In this document: piece after piece, positions 50,601-59,448 of the stretch
Layout of the letters: every line of letters begins with the position of its first letter
Numbering within the stretch: the stretch's first letter is position 1
NCBI GenBank assembly: GCA_043808365.1
Contig: JAZDEZ010000021.1
Location: 64,403-128,402, forward strand
From: Patescibacteria group bacterium
Lineage (GTDB): Bacteria > Patescibacteriota > Patescibacteriia > UBA10025 > JAHIVO01
Direction of reading: 5' to 3'
Length of the DNA stretch: 64,000 nucleotides
Translations under genes and position numbers: made by a program
Notes under the pieces: generated by a model
Told to the model about the DNA's origin: nothing
The model's input: only the letters and a program-made list of their open reading frames with translations
Database searches by the model: none

Positions 50601-53600
50601 CGCCGGTAATGACTTTCAGGCTGCCGTTAATTTGCTGGGTACCTGACGCCATGGCAATGGACCGAATAGCGGCCGTATCCGCGTACGCCTCGACGTCGCC
50701 GCCGTAGGTCCGGGCGTCAAAAGTGGTGTTCACCACATTGCCGCCGGTAGCGTCATAGCGGACTATCGCGGAAATCGTACCTTCAGTTCCCGGACCACTG
50801 GAAGTATTAGTAAACCGCAAAGTACCGGCTCCGGAAACCGTGTCAAACAAGCCAAATTCAGAACCAGTAACCGAGAAGGTGCGGCTAGCTGGAATAATTA
50901 AGTCACTATACAAGCCAGCTTCATAATTAGACACAGTCAGGTCAGTATTTTGGATAGTGACAGTATTGCTGTTCCCATTATTCAGCAACTTTGTAAAGGT
51001 TTCATTGTTAGCATCTATAGTTCCGTTACCGTACATGGCTAGTTGTGAAGAACCGGCATTAATTGTGGCGTTATTATTCACGTAAAAATTGCCCCATAAT
51101 CCAACGTCAACAGTATATTCTTGGGAGGTAGCCGGGCTGAGCTCTAAACTATGGAAACTGTAAGATGAAACATTAACCGAAGCGTCGCCAGTGAAACGGA
51201 AAGTGGAATCTTCTGTATCCACGTTGACCAGATGTAACTCATTAAGCGGAGTGATAGTATCGCCGGAGACTACCCAGAGCTTGGAACCCTGGGGAGCGGC
51301 TGAGATATAATGAACGCTAGAGCAAGTTTCTCCGCAATAACAATCCAGATCACTTAAAACATTAGCGACATTAATCTGGCCCGTGCCCAGCGCCGTGGCC
51401 TGGAAATCAGTTCCGTTGCAAACCCCATTCAAGCCAAAGGTTAGATTATTGAAATTCCAGGCAGTATTGCCGCTGAAATTACCAGTGCCGTTAAGCGTGA
51501 CGGTGCCGCCGGTCAGGGTAACCGTACCCGCGCCGGAAAAGTCGCCGCCCGAAACGGTGATGTTGTTAGTGCCGGACAGCGTACCGGCGGTAACCGTCAG
51601 GTCGCCGGCCAGCGTTGTGGCATCAGCGAATGACCAGCCGCCGCCCGTGCCGTTGAAAATGACATTCCTCCAATCGGATCCGCCGTCGGTGATGGTCCGG
51701 CCGGTCGTGGTGCTGTCAAAAGTCACCCAGCCGCTGTTGGCGGTAAACGTGCCGGAGTTGGTCCAGTTGCCGCCGACGGTGAAGGAGGCAGTGTTTGGCG
51801 CCTGCAGCGTGGTGCCGGCGCCTATCGACACGTCATTGCCCACGTCGAAGATCCGGTTATTGGTGTTGTTCTGCAGAGTAAGTGCCGTCCCACTGTTTGT
51901 TGTAGATAGATTGTTGGCCACGATAACCTGGCCGGTACCGGTGCCGTTTACGGTGATGGCATTGGTCCCCGAGGCGTTGGCGAACGTCAGGTTGTAGAAT
52001 GTCCAGTCGGTAGCGACGGCCACGTTGGTCCCGAACGCTTCAGCGGCGCTGACTGACTGGGTGAACGTATTGGTCCCCGCGCTGTTCATAGTTATCGTGC
52101 CACAGGAGGCGCCGCACTGGACCGTGCCGTTCACGGTGACGCTGGCCGTGCCGGTAGCAGTATTGAACGTGCCGTTGGTCATGGTCAAATCATTCGTTAT
52201 CGTCATGGTGTTGGTCAGCGGCGACCAGGCTCCGCCACTGCCGTTGAAAATGACGTTGTAGAATGACGATGCGCCGGGGTTGATGGTTTGGCCCGTAGCC
52301 GTGGAAGTGAAATTGACCGTACTTGTCGCGCCGGTAAAGGTAGCGGAATTAGTCCAGGATCCTGACACGTTGTAGGTCGCGGTCGTGGTGCTGGTCAGGG
52401 TGCCGGCATTGGTCAGGTCATGCGTATTCACGGCTTCTGATGATGCTCCAGCCACGGTCAGGGTGTTGGAGGCCAGGATGGCCATACCCTCGCTGGTGTA
52501 GCTGTTCGCTGGATTGGCTCCGCATCCGGCGTCCGTCCCCTCCACCTCCACGACGCTCGAGGCCACGCTGTGCATGACATCCTCGTCATTGGAGCAGGTG
52601 TACTGCGATAAATTCGTTACCGTGAGGCTCTGGTTATTTGCGGATCCGATGGTCAGGATGTTGGTATTCAGCGCCATGCCGGAAATGTTGCCGGAGCTGA
52701 ATTTGGTTGCGGCCGTTGACTCATTCGCGTCAGTGACGTTATCCACCCAGACGGTGACGACGTCGCCGGCTGTCGGCTCGGTAACGCCGGTAATGCTCCA
52801 GGTGTTGTTAGGCGCCGTGCTGGTCATGGTGGCAGTCTGTATTTGCGCCGCGCCGTTTACCGCGACTTTTACCGTGGCGCCATTGTTGCCGTTGGCGGTG
52901 CCGGCGATGTTGATGGTGGCTGACGGCCAGGTCCAGTTGGTGGTATTGCCGGAGTCGACGTTGGTGCCGTTGCTGGCGTTGATGGCGGCGCCCCCGCTGG
53001 CGTTGGAGTACGATACGTCAACGCGCGTCACGGTCGGGGCGTTGGTCACGTTGAATAGCCAGGCGATAGTGGTATCGCTGCGCAGGTAGACGTAGCTGGA
53101 GGCGGGGGCCAGGCTGACGGTGGCCGCCGCGAAGATGACGGAATTTTTGAATTGGATTTTGGAATCAGCCGTGCTGGCGGTGAAGGTGCCGGAGACGGTG
53201 TTGGCCGCCCCAAAGATGACCGACGGCGCCCAGGGCGAAACAGTGCCGCTGGCATTAGTCACGGTCAGGTTGTTGAATGTAGTAGTGCTATTCACGGTCT
53301 GCTGGGCAGAGCCATTCAGGGTGACGGTGCCGCTCGAGTGGGTGAACGTGCCGGAGTTGGTGAAGTTGCCGCTGATAGTCAGCGTCTGTCCGCTGGCGCC
53401 CGTGAGGGTGGCGGTAGCGCCGATAGACACGTTGCCAGTGACGCCCAGCGCGCCGGCGCCCTGGGTGAGCGCGCAGGCTGTCCCCGAGCCGACGGTCAAG
53501 TTGCCGCCGATGGTCGTGCCAGCAATGGTGGTGGCCGAGGCTGTGCCGGCCATGGTGAAGTTGCCGGTGACGCTGGTGATGCCGGTCAGCGTTTTCGCTC

Positions 53601-56600
53601 CGCTGCCGGACAGGCCCAAATGATAATAATTATTTGTCGTCGGTGCATGAACAGTTTGGCCAGCGCCCGTATAGTTGATAGTATTGGCTGCTGCTGCTGG
53701 AGTTAACGTGGTGATGCCGGATGTGCCGTTAATATTCAGGGTTGCGCCGCTCCCATTAGTCAGTCCGCCGGTGCCGCCCAAAGCCGTACTTACCGTAAAA
53801 GTGCCGTTATTGGTCACTGTCACCGTGGTGATGGTGGCAGTGGCAATGGCGACAGTGCCAGCCAGGGCTTGGCTGTTGGTGTTGAAAGTCGCCGTGCCGG
53901 TGATGGCCACCGATCCGGTACTGCTCTGGGTGATGCCGCCGCGCATAACAATGGCCGTACTCGCCCCGTTTAGCGTACCGCTGCTGACAGCCACCGCGCC
54001 GGTCAGAAGTTTGGTGCCGGTGTTGTTGTCCAGCGTCAGGGTGCCGCCGTTGACGGTAGTGGTGCCGGTGACGGTGAGCGCGTAGCCGGCAGTGGTGAGC
54101 GTGCCCAAGGTAACTGTCAAATTATGGGACACTGTTAATTCCGCCGCGGGCGACCAGCCGCCGCCCGAACCGTTGAAAACAACGTCATAAAAGAAAGATT
54201 CGTTGGAAATTGTTTTACTGCCCGCCGTGGCGTCAAAAGTGACAGTGCCGCCGCTTGCCGTGAAAAAAGCGCCGCCGCTCCAGCTGCCGCCCACGGTGAA
54301 GCTGGCAGTTGGGGCAGCGCTGAACTCAAGAACCGCGCCGCTCAGAGTGACATTGTTTCCCACGTCCAGAATCCGATTACAGGATGCATTGTCAACGACC
54401 ATGGCAGACCCGGTCTGAGTTATGGCAAAATTATTGCTGACGATTATTTGTCCGGTGCCAAGGCAGGCAAAACCAAGAGATGGTGCACTGTAAGTATTCG
54501 TCAAAGTCAGGTTGTAGAATGTCCAGTTAGTAGCGACGTCCACGTTGGTCCCGAACTCTTCAGATGCGCTGGCTACGCTTTGAGTGAAAGTCCCGCCGGT
54601 CATGGTGACGGCACCGCCACCTGTTACCGAGCCGCTGACCGTGATGTCAGAGATGCCGGACAGGGTGCCGCCGGTATTGACGGTTACGTCCCCGGTCAGG
54701 AGTTTGGTGCCGGTGGCGTTGCTGAAGATGAGGGAGCCGGTAATGCTCGATGTGCCGGTTACGGTGAAATTGAACCCGCCCGAGGTCAGCGCGGCGGTGT
54801 TGTCAATTTGCAGATTGCCGCTGACGGTGAAGTTAGCCGCGGTGGTAGCGGTGCAGGTGCCGGCCATAGTCAGGTTTCCAGCCACGGTGGTGATGTCAGT
54901 CAGGGTCTTCGCTCCGCTGCCCGAGAGGCCGAGGTGGTGGTAGGCGTTGTTATGGACGGTCTGCGCGGCGCCAGTGTAGTTTACGGTGTTCCCCGAAGCG
55001 GTAGCGGTCAGGGTGGTAATGCCGGAAGTGCCCCCGATATTCAGCGTGCCGGTGGCGGCATTCGTAAAGCCGCCCAGGCCGCTCAAAGCCGTGGCAGCCG
55101 TGACCGTCCCATTGTTGGTCAGGGTAATGCCCGAGTCAACAGTAAGCAGAGTGGCGACCGTCAACGTATTGGTATTGGCAGTCGCCGCTTGGATACTGAC
55201 GCTGGGGATTACCGTGGCGGTGGCGCCGCTGATGGTCTTGCTGGCGCCGGCAAAAATATGCACTCCGGTGCTGGCCGTCCAGGTGGTGGCATTATTGGTC
55301 AAGTTGCCGGTGAACGCGATATTCTCCGCCGCGGTTTCATTCCACGTGCCGCCGCTATTGACGGTTACGTCCCCGTAAAAGGATTTAGTGCCGGTGGCGG
55401 ACGAGACCGTCAGCGTGCCGGTGATGCTCGACGCGCCGGACACCGTCAGGTTGTGGGCGCCCACGGTCAGCAGCCCGCTCGCGTCAATGGTTAGGTTCTG
55501 GGCGACAGTGGTGGTGCCGCCGGTGGTCATGGCTCCGCTGTCGTCGATGTGCAGGCCGCCGGTACCCTGGGTGGTCACCGTACCGCCCGGCGCGTACGTT
55601 TTGCCTGTCCAGACGTGGAGCTCGATGTTTGAATTGGTTAAGTTGCCAGCGGTCAGTGCCGGAGAACCGGCCGTGTAATACAAAATATCCGTGTCGGCGT
55701 AGGTGCCGTAGCCAGTCAAAATTTGGGTGTTGGTAATGGACGAGCCGGTTTCGTACCGCACGATCAGCCGGTTCTGATACAGGTTGATGCCGGTCAGGCT
55801 GGAGCCGCTGCCGACGGTGACGGTGGTAGCCAGCGGCGTACCGGCGGTGTCCAGGTACAGGGTGAGGACATCGCCGCTGACCGTGGTGATGTTGGATATG
55901 GTGTAGGCGCCGCCGCTGACCGTGGCGGTGCAGGCGCCTCCGGAGCAGGCGGTATTGGTCCCGTTGACCAGCAGGCGGATGGTCGGGGTGCCACCGATGA
56001 GCGACGAGCCTTCGTCAGAGTACACGTTGCCGGCCACCGAGTACGTCGTGCCGCCGCTACACCCGCCGGCGTTCGTGCACTTGGCCAGGACGAAGTTCAC
56101 GTATGGCGGGGTGTGGTCGCTCCCGGCGGTGATGGTGGCGGTGACGGTGTGGGTGTGGTCATCCTGCGCAATATCTGTTCCGGAAGTGAAGTTGGCTTCA
56201 GACGTTGCGATTGCTCCGGAAGTAGCAGTCGCAGTGTCATCATGCGTGGCAGAGCCGCCCGTCCCGCTCTCGGTGGAATAGCCCTGGACAAAATTGTTCA
56301 AGTAGGGCGAGGCGTCAGAAATGACGTCCCAGCCGGTGCCGGGGTCGGCGTCGAACATGCCGATCACGTTCTGGGGGATGGGCTGCGGAGTGGCGTTGGT
56401 CTGCTGGTAAATCATGGTCTGGACGTACGGCGGGACGGATGTGGCACTGGTTGAGTTTGAGTTGGCTGGAGCAGTATGGGTATGCGAAGCTGCGGCGTAC
56501 GAAGGCGGGGCGGTCACTAGTACTAAAGCGACATTCGCCGTACCGACTGCCGCGGCCAGCGAACCCCACGAGGTCATGGCATGGGTGTGCGTATCGCTGC

Positions 56601-59220
56601 CGCCGGTGGTGTGGGAGTTGGTCAGCTTGACCAGCCGGCTGTCCGCCGCGGAGAAGCGGGTCCAGCTGCCGCTCTGGCTGGCTGAGGAGAACAGGAAAGT
56701 GTTCTGGGGGATAGTGGTTGGGTTCTGCGCGTCACTCTTCCATAGGTAAAAGGAGTGGTAAGCGGGGTCGTTATTTGCAGATCCTGCGGTCGGCGCTGTC
56801 GTAGTGTGGGTGTGGGCGTATGATGCCCGAGCGTTGCATCTTGAAACGCACGTGTGAGCGAGACCGCTGGTAGTTGCGCCGGCCGTGGCGCCGGTGACCG
56901 TCGGCGTATGTGTGGTGGCGCCGCCTGTGCCTCCGTAGGTAGCGGCACCGCGGAGAAACCGGGCGCTGGCGCCGTCGTAGGTGGTCTGGTTTGTCCAGCC
57001 GTCGGGATCGGTGCCGGAGGTAGCCAGCAGGTACATGTAGGCCGGATCGATCACGAGCTGCCAGGCGCGGTGCTCCTGCCAGTCCCCGACCTGCGCCGGG
57101 CCGAGGGTGTACAGCGCCGGGCTCTTCTCTGGCGACTTGAACGTGTACCCGAGCGTGACCGTACTGCCGGCTTTCAGGTCTACGTTCCACGCGATCAGGC
57201 GAACAACCTCCGTGCCGTTGAAATAGGGCTGGTTGTAGCCGCCGTGCTCTGGCCGAATATCGAAGTCTGCGGGAAACGCTTCCTGGATCGTCCCTTTGAA
57301 ATCATCGCGCACCGTCACTTCCAGCTTCATCGGCTGGTAGATGTTCGGGAAGACGCGGGTCGGGCCGGCGCGGTTAATGGTGTAGGCGGGCTGGTCTTCC
57401 ACGATGAGCGTGTCGGTGAGCGTACTGGTGTTGCCGCGCACGGTGGCGGCCAGGTCCAGGCTGTACGTACCGGACCGGGCGAGTTTTTCCCGGGCGACCA
57501 TGTCCTGTTTCAGGTACAGCTCCTTCTTGCCGCAAAAATCGGTGACCTCGATCGTCTGGTCCGCCGTGCGTTTGACGGTTTTTTTGCCGGCCGGGTCGGT
57601 GATAGTCAGCGTGACGTCCGCGTCGCACACGATGCCCCCGTGCTCGTCCAGAGCGCCGATGGAGAAGACGGCCGTGTCGCCTTTTTTATACAGGGACTGG
57701 TCCGGGTTCATGGCGAGCGCCCCCCAGATGAACGTCTCGGTCACGTCCTTGGTATAGCCATTTTGTTCGATCGAGGTGGTGACCGTGTATTGGCCGGGAG
57801 CGGACAGCGCGTCGGGATTGATGGCATAGGCGGCTGTGGTAACCCCGTCGGCGGTCGTGCTGGCTATGGCCGCGTCGACTTTCTTTTGCCGGCCGGCCGG
57901 ATCAGTCAGAGTGACTGACTTGACCTGCCGTTTGGTCGATGCCGCGCCAAGGAATGCCAGCTTGGATTTTTCCTCCACGGCCACATCCAGGGTAGGCGTC
58001 TCTTTTGCCGAAAAAGTTTTTTTATTAAGGGCGACGCTCTGGTCAATCTTGTCGACTGTTTTTTCCGAGGGAGGTTCGATGAGGGTGACGCGCAGGTTAG
58101 CGCCGTCTACATAGGCGGTGGCCGTCTGCGGGCCTGGCACGGCGTTATAATTTATTTTTATCCGCAATTTTTCCAGGTTTCGGATGGTGCCGATTTTTTC
58201 CGTCAGCGGGAACTCCCAGTACCCATTGTGCGTCGCGTTGCTTACCTTGGCGGACAGGGCGAATGAATCCAGCGTTTGCCAGGCGGCTCCAGCGTCCAAT
58301 GAATATGAAAAAGTCACGACATCTTCATTATTGGGGAAAGAGTCGCCGCCGAACGAGATGACGACTGCCGCGCTGTTAAGCAGGCTGTCCCCGGAGATTT
58401 CGCCGGGCAGTTGGAATCCGCTCAGTTCCAGGTTTGGGCTGCTCTGATCAAGCGATGCCGCTTCGGCTTCGGCGGCTGGGGCGGGGGCCGGGGACGGCGG
58501 CGCGTCAGCGGGCGGCACGACTGTCGGCTCTTCCGTCGGCATGTCAACGGCCGGCCCTTCCGCGAGTGCCGGGGCATCGGTTGCTTCTCCCTTTACCACC
58601 ACCGGCCGGTTGGTGTAGGTGGCGGAGTTTTTGTCAGTAAATGAAGCGGTATCGCCAGTGCTGAGGACATCCAGATGTTTGGCTTGGTTTGGGTTGGCCC
58701 AGCCGGTAGCTATATTCGGCTCCAGGGTCAGCAGTCTGGGTTGCGCCTGGGTAGCCTCGGCCCGCACTATGAAAATGTGGGCAAAGAAAAAAGTTTGGAT
58801 GATGAAAAAAGCGAACGCCACGGCCGCGATTGAATAGACGAAAAGAGAAAATTTCTTGCTGATGAGCAAGAGCTTGATTTTCGCGGCCGACCAGCCTGGT
58901 TTGAGGACATATTTCCCCCCATCGATCGGTTCGGGCAGTTTGGAGGCTGGCTGGGCCGGCTGGATTGGTTGCTCTAGGAGGCATATTTTTTGGATAGCCT
59001 CCTTTTCATACCGGCGATCCTTGCGGGCGCCGACACGGATTGCTTTCAGGCGGCCGGAGTCGTCCCAGTTGCGGAGGGTGTTCGGGTGGACGCTAAGGAT
59101 CTCACAAACCTGTTTGATCGTGAGTAGTTTTGGCAGGGCCAGCCAGTCAATATTCTTGGCTGTCTTGCCCCCAAGCAAAGTTGGTTTTTGTTTTTTGCCG
59201 CCCTTGGAGAAAAAAGTCAC
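47608..59220 (-). CDS. giant (3,870 aa) surface protein: N-terminal MerR/excisionase-type HTH, one TM helix, Ig-like modules, tail-collar-like HTH-T/PPY motifs, ~2,500 aa beta-helix-like repeats, shared C-terminal domain
   Basis: Single uninterrupted ORF with a GTG start. HTH: 'LLTIKQVCEILSVHPNTLRNWDDSGRLKAIRVGARKDRRYEKEAI'. TM: 'FSLFVYSIAAVAFAFFIIQTFFFAHIFIV'. Repeats are of the type 'FNGSGGAWSP...LTVT.GTL'. All + strand ORFs in this span are antisense artefacts. Confidence 0.85.
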   Translation of the reverse strand: MTFFSKGGKKQKPTLLGGKTAKNIDWLALPKLLTIKQVCEILSVHPNTLRNWDDSGRLKAIRVGARKDRRYEKEAIQKICLLEQPIQPAQPASKLPEPIDGGKYVLKPGWSAAKIKLLLISKKFSLFVYSIAAVAFAFFIIQTFFFAHIFIVRAEATQAQPRLLTLEPNIATGWANPNQAKHLDVLSTGDTASFTDKNSATYTNRPVVVKGEATDAPALAEGPAVDMPTEEPTVVPPADAPPSPAPAPAAEAEAASLDQSSPNLELSGFQLPGEISGDSLLNSAAVVISFGGDSFPNNEDVVTFSYSLDAGAAWQTLDSFALSAKVSNATHNGYWEFPLTEKIGTIRNLEKLRIKINYNAVPGPQTATAYVDGANLRVTLIEPPSEKTVDKIDQSVALNKKTFSAKETPTLDVAVEEKSKLAFLGAASTKRQVKSVTLTDPAGRQKKVDAAIASTTADGVTTAAYAINPDALSAPGQYTVTTSIEQNGYTKDVTETFIWGALAMNPDQSLYKKGDTAVFSIGALDEHGGIVCDADVTLTITDPAGKKTVKRTADQTIEVTDFCGKKELYLKQDMVAREKLARSGTYSLDLAATVRGNTSTLTDTLIVEDQPAYTINRAGPTRVFPNIYQPMKLEVTVRDDFKGTIQEAFPADFDIRPEHGGYNQPYFNGTEVVRLIAWNVDLKAGSTVTLGYTFKSPEKSPALYTLGPAQVGDWQEHRAWQLVIDPAYMYLLATSGTDPDGWTNQTTYDGASARFLRGAATYGGTGGATTHTPTVTGATAGATTSGLAHTCVSRCNARASYAHTHTTTAPTAGSANNDPAYHSFYLWKSDAQNPTTIPQNTFLFSSASQSGSWTRFSAADSRLVKLTNSHTTGGSDTHTHAMTSWGSLAAAVGTANVALVLVTAPPSYAAASHTHTAPANSNSTSATSVPPYVQTMIYQQTNATPQPIPQNVIGMFDADPGTGWDVISDASPYLNNFVQGYSTESGTGGSATHDDTATATSGAIATSEANFTSGTDIAQDDHTHTVTATITAGSDHTPPYVNFVLAKCTNAGGCSGGTTYSVAGNVYSDEGSSLIGGTPTIRLLVNGTNTACSGGACTATVSGGAYTISNITTVSGDVLTLYLDTAGTPLATTVTVGSGSSLTGINLYQNRLIVRYETGSSITNTQILTGYGTYADTDILYYTAGSPALTAGNLTNSNIELHVWTGKTYAPGGTVTTQGTGGLHIDDSGAMTTGGTTTVAQNLTIDASGLLTVGAHNLTVSGASSITGTLTVSSATGTKSFYGDVTVNSGGTWNETAAENIAFTGNLTNNATTWTASTGVHIFAGASKTISGATATVIPSVSIQAATANTNTLTVATLLTVDSGITLTNNGTVTAATALSGLGGFTNAATGTLNIGGTSGITTLTATASGNTVNYTGAAQTVHNNAYHHLGLSGSGAKTLTDITTVAGNLTMAGTCTATTAANFTVSGNLQIDNTAALTSGGFNFTVTGTSSITGSLIFSNATGTKLLTGDVTVNTGGTLSGISDITVSGSVTGGGAVTMTGGTFTQSVASASEEFGTNVDVATNWTFYNLTLTNTYSAPSLGFACLGTGQIIVSNNFAITQTGSAMVVDNASCNRILDVGNNVTLSGAVLEFSAAPTASFTVGGSWSGGAFFTASGGTVTFDATAGSKTISNESFFYDVVFNGSGGGWSPAAELTVSHNLTVTLGTLTTAGYALTVTGTTTVNGGTLTLDNNTGTKLLTGAVAVSSGTLNGASTAIVMRGGITQSSTGSVAITGTATFNTNSQALAGTVAIATATITTVTVTNNGTFTVSTALGGTGGLTNGSGATLNINGTSGITTLTPAAAANTINYTGAGQTVHAPTTNNYYHLGLSGSGAKTLTGITSVTGNFTMAGTASATTIAGTTIGGNLTVGSGTACALTQGAGALGVTGNVSIGATATLTGASGQTLTISGNFTNSGTFTHSSGTVTLNGSAQQTVNSTTTFNNLTVTNASGTVSPWAPSVIFGAANTVSGTFTASTADSKIQFKNSVIFAAATVSLAPASSYVYLRSDTTIAWLFNVTNAPTVTRVDVSYSNASGGAAINASNGTNVDSGNTTNWTWPSATINIAGTANGNNGATVKVAVNGAAQIQTATMTSTAPNNTWSITGVTEPTAGDVVTVWVDNVTDANESTAATKFSSGNISGMALNTNILTIGSANNQSLTVTNLSQYTCSNDEDVMHSVASSVVEVEGTDAGCGANPANSYTSEGMAILASNTLTVAGASSEAVNTHDLTNAGTLTSTTTATYNVSGSWTNSATFTGATSTVNFTSTATGQTINPGASSFYNVIFNGSGGAWSPLTNTMTITNDLTMTNGTFNTATGTASVTVNGTVQCGASCGTITMNSAGTNTFTQSVSAAEAFGTNVAVATDWTFYNLTFANASGTNAITVNGTGTGQVIVANNLSTTNSGTALTLQNNTNNRIFDVGNDVSIGAGTTLQAPNTASFTVGGNWTNSGTFTANSGWVTFDSTTTGRTITDGGSDWRNVIFNGTGGGWSFADATTLAGDLTVTAGTLSGTNNITVSGGDFSGAGTVTLTGGTVTLNGTGNFSGNTAWNFNNLTFGLNGVCNGTDFQATALGTGQINVANVLSDLDCYCGETCSSVHYISAAPQGSKLWVVSGDTITPLNELHLVNVDTEDSTFRFTGDASVNVSSYSFHSLELSPATSQEYTVDVGLWGNFYVNNNATINAGSSQLAMYGNGTIDANNETFTKLLNNGNSNTVTIQNTDLTVSNYEAGLYSDLIIPASRTFSVTGSEFGLFDTVSGAGTLRFTNTSSGPGTEGTISAIVRYDATGGNVVNTTFDARTYGGDVEAYADTAAIRSIAMASGTQQINGSLKVITGASQSQVLTLDASVNPTVNATGDLTFTKGGSATPAITSGTGIWTVGGNVNFTNGTYTATAGNTLKMNGSSKSLTSASQTLQNFEVSGGSVSSADAQDVNGTFKVTSGGFTQAANANLNVADDFTLSAGTTFTKASGTGLVIFDGDLIYTDGTAVKQDIGSVEIGTSPDTTNLDSDFAASRLRVRTGDVFETDGYEVDVGSNGIQIEGTLDATTCEGAGCDSDESLITTGDEFDIQSGGQFIYDQSTVQFDGTTGTDDLITNGSGDSYALYNLTINDGGNSLTVEVEDPLVVKNDLTITGGTLDTVTGENNAINVGNNWLNSDIFTARTAPVTFDATDSGNTINPGSSSFYDVIFNGSGGAWSPLTNTMTITNDLTMTNGTFNTAAGTANVTVNGNVQCGASCGTITMNSAGTNTFTQSVSASKAFGAQVAGSTAWSFYNLTFTNTAATAPTITFNGTNTGTITVANALTMTNAGTSLAVTDAANRILDVNGDVNISTANVTFTAPASASFTVAGGWTNAGAFTHNNGTVTFDATSGPKSINPGSSAFYVLTFNGSGGTWRPATNTLTVANNLNVTAGTMDNETNDRILDVGGDVTIGGSGVLQASSTASFTVGAGWTNAGTFTANSGTVTLDAASGTRTINSTGAASASFNNLTLNDGGGPATFQLDSALDVNGSLLITGGTLDTKSGSNFAVTIAGNWTNNDTFTANSGTVTADGASQQTFSGTLTGATGKFNNLTITNASGSDPDTSPSVIFAAGAETAGTFTATTANTKLRFTATNTYTFQNISFNGQAQHTRVYLRSSAGGSAWNLNSAGTRTVKNTDVKDSYACGQPPDIDGTHVSNKNSAGNTCWDFTALTFTLSANSLNLGTLATGSVATASHTIQTVTSADSGYATYVYVDGDLLNGGNTINSATGTLSSGTEGYGIATSDASQTITQDASCGSAPYNVTALTTSQQAVAGATSGPADETSTVCYQAAIASDTVAGNYSQIVTFVTVGLF
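49343..49583. repeat. 241-nt intragenic repeat, copy B
   Basis: Aligns without gaps to 52046-52286, roughly 85-90% identical by eye. It encodes 'INPG.SSFY.VIFNGSGGAWSPLTNTMTITNDLTMTNGTFNTA.GTA.VTVNG.VQCGASCGTITMNSAGTNTFTQSVS'. Confidence 0.8.
52046..52286. repeat. 241-nt intragenic repeat, copy A
   Basis: See 49343-49583. Confidence 0.8.
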
Positions 59221-59448
59221 TTTTTTTAGAAATTGCTCTAACCAAAGGCTAATTTTGCAGGTGACTTACTAACTTGCTAACCTAACAAAATTAACAATTT
59301 TCATTATAGCAGAAATGATTGGTTCTGTCCAATAGTAGGTCCCATGATTTTCATAAAACAGCCTCCAAGGGGCGCCTCAGGAGGATTGGTAGGTGAGGGG
59401 CTATATCGCCTTTATTTTGAGGTTGTTGGATTATTCAACAATCTCATT

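Noticed and set aside
47723-59272. Dozens of + strand ORFs (60-354 aa) inside the giant gene span, e.g. 54448..55494, 56854..57918 and 48239..48964.
   Set aside because: All are antisense to one continuous 11.6-kb minus-strand ORF with clear repeat-protein logic. Their translations are low-complexity Val/Pro/Ala/Arg strings, typical of antisense frames of Thr/Gly/Asn-rich GC-skewed repeats.
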